Source: Octopus sinensis (lineage: Eukaryota). Taken from it: a stretch of 64,000 nt of DNA. Shown piece by piece: positions 11,155 through 21,849 of this stretch; positions within the stretch are counted from its first letter, which is position 1, and every line of letters begins with the position of its first letter. The notes under the pieces were generated by a model that saw only the letters and a program-made list of their open reading frames with translations, did not search any database and was not told where the DNA came from. The stretch lies in the NCBI RefSeq assembly GCF_006345805.1, contig NC_042997.1, forward strand, positions 4,774,001 through 4,838,000, read 5' to 3'. The position numbers and the translations under genes are program-made.

Positions 11155-12368
11155 TTAGAGACAAAACCACTATTTTGCAAAACAAACTTAATTATGGAGT
11201 ATTTTCTATATCGTATTATGTGTAGTAATGTTTTTTTTTATTTTGAGTGTTTATGTATGTGTGAATGTGTGTGTGTGTGCGTATTTTGGTTGTGTAATTT
11301 ATTTATCTGTATGAGTGTGGGTGTGAACATAGTGTTGTATATATTGAGTTTAGTACGTATGTACATGTATATGTGGGGGTATAAGTATATGTTGTGTGTG
11401 TGTGTTTTACGTATGTGTATTTGTGTGTGAATGTATATATGGAGATTGATATATAGGTATTATTGTGTATGATTAAAGGGAGTTTTATCATTATATGTTT
11501 ATATGGGTTTCATTTATCATGATGGTTTATTGCTGATTTGGATTAAAATTACGTTGATAATATATTATTCCATTCATAATTTTTAAAAATACGTTCGATC
11601 ACCACGTGTAAAGAGTTGTTTATTTTTCTTTTGAGTGTTCAAGTATACGGGAATGTGTGTGTGTGTATGTGTGAATGTTTGCGTAATTTATTTATCTGTA
11701 TAGATGTGGGTGTGAATATATTGGAGTATATATCGAGTTCTGTATGTATATGTATGTGTGAGCGGGTATATGTATATTGTTTATGTATGTGGGTTGTATG
11801 TGTGTGTGAGGGAGTATGAATAAGTAATGTGTTGAAGTATTTGGCTATTTTATTTATTTATCGTTGCCTAGACGTTTTTATGTGTATGTATAGGGATATA
11901 TATATAGGTGTGTGAGTTAGTGCATGTATTTAGATATGGTTATATATACTTAGTTATAAGTGTATGCGTATGTGTGTATATATAGTTTATTTTTATTTTG
12001 TTTTATATTTAATTGTTGATAGGGTTTATTTTAGATTATATATTGATTATATATGGATTATATATAGGTTATATATAGATTATATATTTATATTTTTTAT
12101 TATTTTAAAATTATTTTAAACTCATATTTTAATATATTGATATTTTAGATCGGAAATCCACCTGAAGATTGTCATTAGACGTGAAACAATTGTAGTGGCG
12201 TTTTTTTTTACTTTTTATTAAAATTTTCTGTGTTGATTAAGTCTTTCCTTGTTTGTTTTGCAAAATAGTGGTTTTGTCTCTAATTAATATTATATAATAT
12301 TTTACTATAAGATTGGATTTAATCCTAAATCTGATTTTTTCCCTCTAAATTTGGATTTATTCCCTAAT
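11142..12368 (+). mobile_element. Non-autonomous PLE-type element with 5' inverted cap and hammerhead
   Basis: 11142-11187 is the reverse complement of 12251-12296. The interior has decayed GT-rich repeats of about 390 bp. HHR at 12158-12198; (TA)n on both sides; the 3' tail is shared with 49117-49195. Confidence 0.7.
12158..12198 (+). ncRNA. Type I hammerhead ribozyme
   Basis: CCAC-CTGAAGA-TTGTC(ATTA)GACGT-GAAA-CAATTG-TA-GTGG: helix I CCAC/GTGG, palindrome ACAATTGT, GUA triplet. Confidence 0.85.
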
Positions 12369-12371
12369 ATT

Positions 12372-12465
<94 letters not shown>

Positions 12466-13025
12466 AGAAGAAATGAGGTAATCAGAAGACAGGATGGTTC
12501 ATATTTATAGATATTTATTTATATATTACATTTTTTACATATATATATCATATCATTCAGATCATATCATATTTATATGCGTGTGTGATCATGTACGTGT
12601 TTGCTTGTGTGTGTGGGCGTGTGTTTCTTTATAAGTTAAAAATATATTATAAATGCACACATGAACGGAAAACAGATACACAATGGCAAGTTGAAAAGCA
12701 TATAGTAAATGCACAGACGAACGAAGAGTCACCAAGTCTTAATCGGGTGTTGGCCAGTGAGACATGCAATTTTCGCCTTTAGCGAAAATATTACTTTTTT
12801 TCTGTTGGCGACCGGCAAGAAGTTCCCGGGAAATAGGACCAAAATATAACAGAACGCTAATGAACATAGACTGATAAACAAGCAATACAGAAGACGAAAA
12901 GTATGGGTAACGCTAAGAGAGTAATCATAAAGGATAATAACAAGTCAGGTGCCAGTAGTAGGAATGAGAAAAGAGGTAGCGGGCAGAGAAACAGGCAAAA
13001 ACACACTCACATATACACACTCTCT

Positions 13026-13057
<32 letters not shown>

Positions 13058-13099
13058 TAATGTATGTGTATATACTGGACAGTGCCGTGGCTTTCAGAT

Positions 13100-13385
13100 G
13101 GGAGAATAAGATGCTCGGTCAACTGCCAGTCTTCTATAAACAGCCTTACTCGGATTGTGCCTGCGAAGGGAACATTCTAGGTGAAATCTTGCAATCCCAA
13201 GTTTACACATGAGCAAAAACTGTCGTTGCTCCTCTTTTCCATACATAGATGTGTGTTTGTGGTGTGTGATTGAAGTCGAGCAACGTGAAGTAAAGCGTCT
13301 TGCTCAAGAACACAACACACAGTCCGGTCCGTGAATCCAACTCACAACCTCAATTGTAATCCCGATGCTAAAACAATGACACTTG
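13100..13385 (-). mobile_element. Old tRNA-derived SINE
   Basis: Minus strand has GTTGTGAGTTGGATTC and TGTGTTCTTGAGCAAGACGCTTTACTTCACGTTGCTC, shared with the SINE at 47469. Confidence 0.65.
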
Positions 13386-13477
13386 CGCCTGTGTTTATGT
13401 ATACATACATATATGTACACATACATATACTAGTTTCTGTATTAATTATAAATGTAAATACACACATACATTGTATG

Positions 13478-13478
13478 C

Positions 13479-13532
<54 letters not shown>

Positions 13533-13557
13533 GTGTGTGTGTATATGTATGTATATA

Positions 13558-13605
<48 letters not shown>

Positions 13606-13700
13606 ATATGTATATGTGTACATATATACATATGTATATATATATATATAATATATAAAATATACACATACATATATATATACAATATATAATATATATA
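13478..13700. repeat. (TA)n-rich microsatellite
   Basis: Direct reading. Confidence 0.9.
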
Positions 13701-14734
13701 CAGACCCAAATGTATTATATAGATAGATTGATATATACATACAGAGAGACAGACCGATAAATAGATAGGTAAATCGATAGATATATAAGAATGTTTGCAT
13801 CCATAATCATAATTCTGTTGGTTAAAGGAATTTCTATTTGGATTTTTATGAAAGCAAGAATCAATTTCCAATACATTTTTTGTTTATTAAGTGTCATAAA
13901 CTAGAGAATATTCTTTCAATAACAGAATGCACTCTACGACTTAGAGTGTTGAGTCGGTAATTAACATAGCCAACTTCATATTTCAATCATCCAGTCAATA
14001 TAGTTCAACGAATATTAGGATATTTTGCAACATATCTTTTATGCAAAATACATAGGTGCTTAAAATAAATAACTTGGCACGTCACCAGCAAAAAAAAAAA
14101 AATGTTCATGATATTGTCAATTCAAAACGAACTTGCAAGTATTTCTTTATGATCCTATAACGTGAACTTTTGTAGTTTTCCTCTCGCTAATTATTTAGAC
14201 GTCGCTAAGAATATCAGCAATGACAGCTGAATATTGGCATAACTCCAGGAAATCTTGGCAAACTACCACAGGCGATATTCTTTTGAAGAAAGTTTTGCTT
14301 TGAAAATAGTCAGATCATCCCTCAGAAAAATTGATGACTGGAGGCTGGGTCATTGAAGGCCAGGTAAAATGAATTTTGGACATTTTTAAGGACCAAAGGC
14401 AAATCAAAAGTTTTGAAAAGTGCTTTGAGAGCAAACGTATATATGTTGTAACAAAATTGATTCTACCACTATTCTTCCCTATTAACCCCAACTGTTTAAC
14501 TATTATGGAGAATTGCACAACCAAGTCTTGTAAAAGAAATAAATTTGACATCTTATGACACAAGATATATAGCTTAATTCCACAAATGTATTTATTATAT
14601 ATATATATATATATTATATATATATATATAATACATACATACATACAAACATATATATATGTATATATATATACATACATATAAATGTATATAAGTATTG
14701 TTAAAATATTTATTCATATCTATAGGCGTATAAA

Positions 14735-14775
<41 letters not shown>

Positions 14776-15798
14776 ATACATAAACACACACACACACACA
14801 CACATATATATATTTATATATATATATGTGTGTGTGTATATATATACATATATATCTGTGTATGTTTGTGTATGTTTCATAAGTATATTCATAATTAATT
14901 CTATGCAGTTGCAAATATTTTTAGTGTAGTTACAACTTTTACTTTGTTCATAATATGGGAAGTGAAGGCCAATATGTATGTCAAGTTGAATTCTTAATGA
15001 ATCCACTCACTCTTTATTCATTGCATATACTTATATTCTTACATACATGTATACATAAAAATACACACAAACACACGGACACACATATACACAATTAATG
15101 TCATACTCTACTCTGCCCAATATTGCTTGATATATAGTTGATTCAACTCTAGAAAATTACACCGTACTACTCTTAAAACTACAAGAAACGACAGCACGTC
15201 TAATATTGCAATTTCTAAACACCTAATAAATTGAAACATAATGCATACAGTAAATAATCAATAGGTCACTTTTCACAATTCCAATAACGATACTATTGAT
15301 ATATGTCAATCTGAACCAATCATACCTAATACGAATCAACATAATATTGTTCTATATAAACGTAGTAAAAAAAGCATTGTGTCCCATTAATAACTAATGT
15401 CTTTCGAAAAATATCGTATATAAGTGCCCTAACACTTTTCTTCTTAAAGAACATGTTTACATTAGAGCATCCTCTTTTTCATTGAAACTTCGATGTAATT
15501 ACCACAAATCTATATTTAGGCTTTAATAAAATGCTAACAGTAGATCTATCTAAACCTATATATATCTTCACTGACAATAGTATTGAAGTTAAAATTGATA
15601 GGTCTACTATGTGTAGTGCTCAATCGTATGAATGTCTGGAGAATTTCCTATTAAGAAGCTTAATACTATTTCTAATATTTTTAGGTTTTGAGCAACCTGT
15701 TGCAATTAACCCTTACTTATAATTATATATATATATTTGTAGAAATATATATATCTATGTATATATACGTATATATATATATATATAGATATGAATTC

Positions 15799-15868
<70 letters not shown>

Positions 15869-15876
15869 CGCATACA

Positions 15877-15913
15877 CTAGTCTAGACTACCTGTGACCCG
15901 TAGGGTCACCAGG
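15877..15913 (-). mobile_element. Helitron-like 3' terminus (hairpin + CTAG|T)
   Basis: Minus strand CCTGGTGACCC-TAC-GGGTCACAGG hairpin ends 9 nt before CTAG followed by T. The 5' end was not located. Confidence 0.6.
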
Positions 15914-16964
15914 AACCTCCGAGTTTCACAGCAGCAGAATTTTGCATCGTGGGCTGGAAAGATTTGACTGCTATTTTTTGAACGCCCTGCTACCACGTAA
16001 CATGCATTTGGAGTCGTGTATTGCAAATAACTGTTACATGGTAGCATGGCATGTTAGAAATAGCATACAAACATATGGAGGGGAAATACGTTGAATGCAC
16101 TCGAAAAAAGCTATTTCACACCCAGTTTATGAATGGGTCTTTTACGAAATATCAACCGTATTTTGAAAGTCATTTTCACTTTAGAATATGTTTTTAAATG
16201 CCAAAAAGAATATTTGCAATGTCAGTTTAAAGAGAGATTATATATACATACTGCAGTAACAGCTTGCATTTTTGAAATCACATGCACTTTCAAATACCTC
16301 TAAATTATTAAAATATTGCGTTTAACAAAGGAGAAAATAAAAAATTATAAGAGATACATTTGTTGTTTTTTTTGTCGTTGTAATTCACTAATAGGAAGAT
16401 ATGAGTTCCTTCCCTTTAAGCATGAATATTATTTTCGGAACATTTTCCCTTTAAGCACTCTTTTGGGTTTTTATACTCTGAAATTCTAATATATTGAAAA
16501 GTATCGATTTACGCGAAACTTAGTTCATTCAAATCGTATTAACATTTCAGGGAACACTTAATTCATGATTCTGCAGTGTCTGTATATTTGTGTGTGTCTG
16601 TGCGTATGTATACATGTATTCTGTATATTAACGCATTTGCATGTTTGTGTTTGTGTGTTTTTATATGTGTGCGTACCGCTGTCTCATTGTGTGTGAATGT
16701 CTGAGTGTGTCTCCCAGTGTGTGTATGTGTTTTTGTGACTATGTGTTGATGAATGTATGGATGTGTATCAACATACATGTGGATGTGTGTCTCGATATTT
16801 GTACTTGTATGAAGTGAAATGTGTGCTTATATGGCCATGTGTTTCTGTCTTAATTTGCGTTTGTGTCCGGGTATGTGTGCTTGTCTGTTTATAGTACCTA
16901 TGTACCTATCCGTCTGTACGTCTATATCTTTACTTTCATATCCATTTGGTTACACACACGTGCA

Positions 16965-17004
<40 letters not shown>

Positions 17005-17220
17005 CATATATACACAGCCACACATCCACATACATACATCTACATAACAAACCATGAGCTATTTTTCCTGTATATAAATATAAACTTTGGATATGGGGGT
17101 ATGACGAGTTACCACGTATATTTGCTATTTAGTGTGTAGTAAATACTAAATGATATTTCCCATAATGCACCAGTTTCGTTGGGTAACATTACAAGCAAGC
17201 AAGATTGAAACGGATTTTTA

Positions 17221-17258
<38 letters not shown>

Positions 17259-17447
17259 CATTATATATAAGGGCTTAGTAAAATAAATTACTTTGCCACA
17301 TACTGAACTCATTAGAAATAGCAGCTAAAGAAATTTCTTCAGCTATTTCTAATACTTAAAGAAGATCTCTCTCAGATAGTGTTTGCCTAAACCAACTCAC
17401 AAAAGTATGGGGGAAAAAACATTAAAAAATCAAGTGCAAAGGTTATT

Positions 17448-17499
17448 TGAGAACGTACGTTTCTAGATTAGTCAATTCGACATTTCTTTCTTCAGCTCA
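17448..17499 (-). ncRNA. Type I hammerhead ribozyme, monomer 1
   Basis: TGAG-CTGAAGA-[A AGA AAT GTC GAATT GAC TAA TCT A]-GAAA-CGTACG-TT-CTCA: helix I TGAG/CTCA, palindrome ACGTACGT, GUU triplet. Confidence 0.85.
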
Positions 17500-18002
17500 G
17501 AATTCCTTGAATCGGATTTGGGAACACTGAAAGTCGGAACATACCCTTTCGGCTTCTAATCACCTCTAGAATTCTGCTCGAACTAAAAGTGCTATCAAAT
17601 TCGAATATGCAAGCGAATAATTTCTGCTCTCCCCTTCCACCAGCGTGGGTTAAAATTGACAAACACCATGTATTAACGGTGAAAACCGCAGCATTTAGCA
17701 GAGAGAGATGAATTATAATTTCAACAATTGAGGGTAAAGTTAATTAATTATTAATCAATTTCACCAAGTATTCAGTATGTAAAGGGACCATTATAGGCGA
17801 ATTCAAAATATTAGATTATATATAAGGGCTTAGTAAAATAAATTACTTTGCCACATACTGAACCCATTAGAAATAGCAGCTAAAGAAATTTCTTCAGCTA
17901 TTTCTAATACTTAAAGAAGATCTCTCTCAGATAGTGTTTGCCTAAACCAACTCACAAAAGTATGGGGGAAAAAACATTAAAAAATCAAGTGCAAAGGTTA
18001 AT

Positions 18003-18054
18003 TGAGAACGTACGTTTCTAGATTAGTCAATTCGACATTTCTTTCTTCAGCTCA
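18003..18054 (-). ncRNA. Type I hammerhead ribozyme, monomer 2
   Basis: Identical to the monomer 1 motif. Confidence 0.85.
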
Positions 18055-18557
18055 GAATTCCTTGAATCGGATTTGGGAACACTGAAAGTCGGGAGCATAA
18101 CCTTTCGGCTTCTAATCACCTCTAGAATTCTGCTCGAACTAAAAGTGCTATCAAATTCGAATATGCAAGCGAAGAATTCTGCTCTCCCCTTCCACCAGCG
18201 TGGGTTAAAATTGACAAACACCATGTATTAACGGTGAAAACCGCAGCATTTAGCAGAGAGAGATGAATTATAATTTCAACAATTGAGGGTAAAGTTAATT
18301 AATTATTAATCAATTTCACCAAGTATTCAGTATGTAAAGGGACCATTATAGGCGAATTCAAAATATTACATTATATATAAGGGCTTAGTAAAATAAATTA
18401 CTTTGCCACATACTGAACCCATTAGAAATAGCAGCTAAAGAAATTTCTTCAGCTATTTCTAATACTTAAAGAAGATCTCTCTCAGATAGTGTTTGCCTAA
18501 ACCAACTCACAAAAGTATGGGGGAAAAAACATTAAAAAATCAAGTGCAAAGGTTAAT

Positions 18558-18609
18558 TGAGAACGTACGTTTCTAGATTAGTCAATTCGACATTTCTTTC
18601 TTCAGCTCA
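18558..18609 (-). ncRNA. Type I hammerhead ribozyme, monomer 3
   Basis: Identical to the monomer 1 motif. Confidence 0.85.
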
Positions 18610-18897
18610 GAATTCCTTGAATCGGATTTGGGAACACTGAAAGTCGGGAGCATAACCTTTCGGCTTCTAATCACCTCTAGAAAAGTGCTATCAAATTCGA
18701 ATATGCAAGCGAAGAATTCTGCTCTCCCCTTTCCACCAGCGTGGGTTAAAATTGACAAACACCATGTATTAACGGTGAAAACCGCAGCATTTAGCAGAGA
18801 GAGATGAATTATAATTTCAACAATTGAGGGTAAAATTTACATACTGAATACTTAGTGAAATTGATTAATAATTAATTAATTTTACCCTCAATTGTTG

Positions 18898-18941
<44 letters not shown>

Positions 18942-19878
18942 CATGACTGCCAAACATTGAAACAATGGTTTAAGAATAAAAGATCTCCAAGTTAGTGGAA
19001 ATATGTCTTTTAGATATTTGAAATTCTAAATGGAAATTCACCGATCTGAGAAATTTTTGTCGTAATGTAAAATTTTTGAAAAATACCATGTCTGTAGAAT
19101 TCCTAAACGTTTCTGACTCTTTTGTCTTCATATGTGGGAAATACCAACGAAAACCAACCCTGTTCAGATTCAAACCCGTAACGTTAAATAAAATCCTTAA
19201 CATCAGTGAGTGATTTGTGATGGTGGTCTACCTGGTGCAACTGAAAATAAGATTATCAGCGTCAAGGCTACATTATGAATAAGCGAACTCTAGATGAATT
19301 AAATTATATGACATATTTTAATTTTTAATGGAAAGTTCACTGCAGTTACACTGTTCAAAATAATTTTTAATATTGGATTTTTCCTAACTGCCAAGTCGGG
19401 AATTGTAGCAGGCTTTAGAAAAAGGAGAGCGGGAAAGTGAAGCAGGTGGGGGTGAAAAATAAAGAAAGATAGAGAAGTATGTGAGCTTACATTTCAACAG
19501 TAATTGAGAAAACAGATTTATGTCATTAAATCATGTAGTCTACAATATCAGAGTCAAGACGCCTGGTTTATTTAGATTATTCTTAGCGCGAACGTAGACA
19601 TTAGCCACTTCATTCTAAAACAGGCCTTTTCAACTGCTTTCAGCGTTTGCACTGTATAGTGGAACGATAATAATTTTCATAATTAACGTGACTGCATAGC
19701 ATCAATATCTCAATTCCTTAAATTAAAATTTTATTGAAGAGTGTGGGGTGTGAATTGTAGAGATATTTTTTCTCGACGTCTTCAGAAAACTTAAAGAAAA
19801 AACCAGTTCATATTCTGCATTTTGTATATCCTGCATGGTTTCAATCAATATATTTTGAGCGGCATTTCATATAATCAA

Positions 19879-20260
19879 CATTCCAAAGGTATTTTTCGAT
19901 GTTATTATTATCATTATTGTTATCATTGCTGTTGTTTTTGTTGTTGTTGTTCAGCACACTGCTTGGAATCGAACGCGGAGACCGGTGTTAGTAGCTTGCG
20001 CTCTTAACAACTACGCCATATGCCCGGCATATGGTGTAGTGGTTAAGAGCGCGGGCTACTATCACCAAGATTCCGAGATCGATTTCAAGCAGTGGCCTGA
20101 ACAACAATAACAACAATAATAATAACATCGAAAAATACTTTAGGAATGAGAACCCAGGTTCAAAATGTCCTCAAGACACTTGAAGAAGGCTGGAGGGTAT
20201 ATCAGCCGCAACGTTGTGCTTATAACAAACAAGATCCGTCGAATGTAAATAATGTGACTA
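19879..20260 (+). mobile_element. tRNA-head/hammerhead hybrid element with 5' inverted duplication
   Basis: 270-bp imperfect palindrome 19879-20148 made of two back-to-back tRNA-like heads (A box TGGTGTAGTGG; B box GTTCGATTCC in the left copy). A degenerate HHR follows at 20176-20219. Confidence 0.72.
20176..20219 (+). ncRNA. Degenerate type I hammerhead
   Basis: ACAC-TTGAAGA-A-GGCTG(10 nt)CAGCC-GCAA-CG-TT-GTGC. Helices are largely intact; the core has C3->U and GAAA->GCAA changes. Confidence 0.65.
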
Positions 20261-20414
20261 ATGCATATATTACTATTGGAAATCTAGGGTGAAGAAATTT
20301 ATTCCTGCTGTCTGGTAACTGGACCGAAAATTTTCTGTACACATTTCTTTGAAGTACAATTTCTGTAATACACTTATATTAGACACTACTGTCATAAAAT
20401 AATTAGAAATGAAA

Positions 20415-20615
20415 GGCGGCAAGCTGGCAGAAACATTAGCTCGCTGAGCGAAATTCTTAGAGGTATTTCGTCTGTCTTCACTCTCTGATTTCAAATACCG
20501 CCGAATTCGACTTTCACTTTCGAGGTCGATAAATTAAGTACCAGTTGCGTACTGGAGGGATCTAATCAAATGCCCTTCCCCAAAAATTTCTGGCCTTGCG
20601 CCTAGATTAGAAAAT
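20415..20615 (+). mobile_element. tRNA-derived SINE (GGCGGCGAGCTGGCAG family)
   Basis: Head GGCGGCAAGCTGGCAGAA, body CGACTTTCACTTTCGAGGTCGATAAATTAAGTACCAG. The family recurs about 8 times in the window. Confidence 0.8.
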
Positions 20616-20900
20616 AATATAATAAGATATGAATGAAACGGTGAAAACATTTTGTTTGAGATTCGAATGCAATATTCATGAACATCTATTCAATGTAACT
20701 TGCATTTTCGATTATCACATTTCTTACTTTCTAATTACCGTTATCGGTGAGATATTATATCCATACGTACTTTGACTGTATCGTTAGAGCATTTAGCTTT
20801 TATTTCTAGCAATGTAGGTGTTTCTAGCCCCCTCAGACATATTTAATGACGGTTATGCTTTTCCTTTTTGATACATATTTCCTTACTGCTGCCCAAGTCA

Positions 20901-20942
<42 letters not shown>

Positions 20943-21849
20943 TATATACATATTTCCGAGAGAGACAGATGTTCGTAAACCAGCCAATGAAGGCATAGTA
21001 CCTATCAAATATACTGCTGGTTATGTACCCAATATTTTATACTCAATTGCTGGTTATTGCGTGGCAATTTCGCAATCGAGTGTCATATATGGACGGGGGT
21101 AAAAAGTGGTTTACCCTTAATTTATACAGCCCCAAATTTTTTTTAGATGGAGGGGATATAAAAAATGACATACATCAGCCGGTAGTTATTGTATTAGGTC
21201 TATTTATTCTGAAACATAAAGAAGTATTATAAGAGTACATACACACGCAAAGATTGTGTGCTACACAAATATGTACTAGTAATACGTAAAATGGTAAAAG
21301 ATTAAAATATCAGTTCTTTACGGCCATTTTTGCTAAGAGGCCACGATATTCTCCATGCTATCTCCATCTCTGCAGTGTTCTGCAGAAATGGGTAGATAGA
21401 GTTTGGATGTTGAGTGTGCCTCAAGGCTTCTTTAGAGGGTCTAAATGGTTAGGATAGCCGATGCATACAATAGACAGTTACCAATAGGTACAGTATATTT
21501 TTCTTGTTAAGGGCTTAATGAGAATAGGAGCAAAAGTTAGAACGTAAGAGGAATAAAATTTATTAAAATGGACTAGGTATATAAAAGAGAAATAAGTCAT
21601 AGACTTCAAGTTTTGCCTTCGAAGATACATGCTATTTTGTCCAGGGTTAGATAGGTGGATACAGTTTTTTTGTTTGAAACCCACCACTGTAAACAAAACG
21701 TGTATTTAAAAGTAAACAAAAATTTGAAGCACTGCTTAAATTCACCCTTCCTAAACAATTCCTCCTTAGTAAAACGGGGACGCATTGCACGGGGTCCTAG
21801 CCTTACGTGAATTCTGAACATAATATCGATATCTTTACGATATTATTGG

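Larger units (their letters stand above)
17253..18904 (-). repeat. Tandem array of about 2.85 x 555-bp monomers, each with a hammerhead (retrozyme-like), plus a 69-bp inverted cap
   Basis: Period 555 (HHRs start at 17448, 18003, 18558). 18836-18904 is an inverted copy of monomer sequence. (TA)n lies on both sides. Confidence 0.92.

Noticed and set aside
17253-18904. CRISPR-like or coding interpretation of the tandem array (ORF 18027-18224)
   Set aside because: Units are 555 bp with no unique spacers in a eukaryotic context. The 65-aa ORF has no recognisable motif.
19100-19140. Minus-strand ATGAAGA...GAAACGTT motif
   Set aside because: The core is mutated, helix II overlaps the core and helix I is not contiguous.
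19955-20095. Pair of genuine tRNA genes
   Set aside because: The acceptor stems do not pair and the arms are degenerate. The context is an interspersed repeat.
20978-21022. AACCAGC/GCTGGTT stem enclosing a hammerhead-like spacing
   Set aside because: It would need at least four core changes, so it is too degenerate to call.
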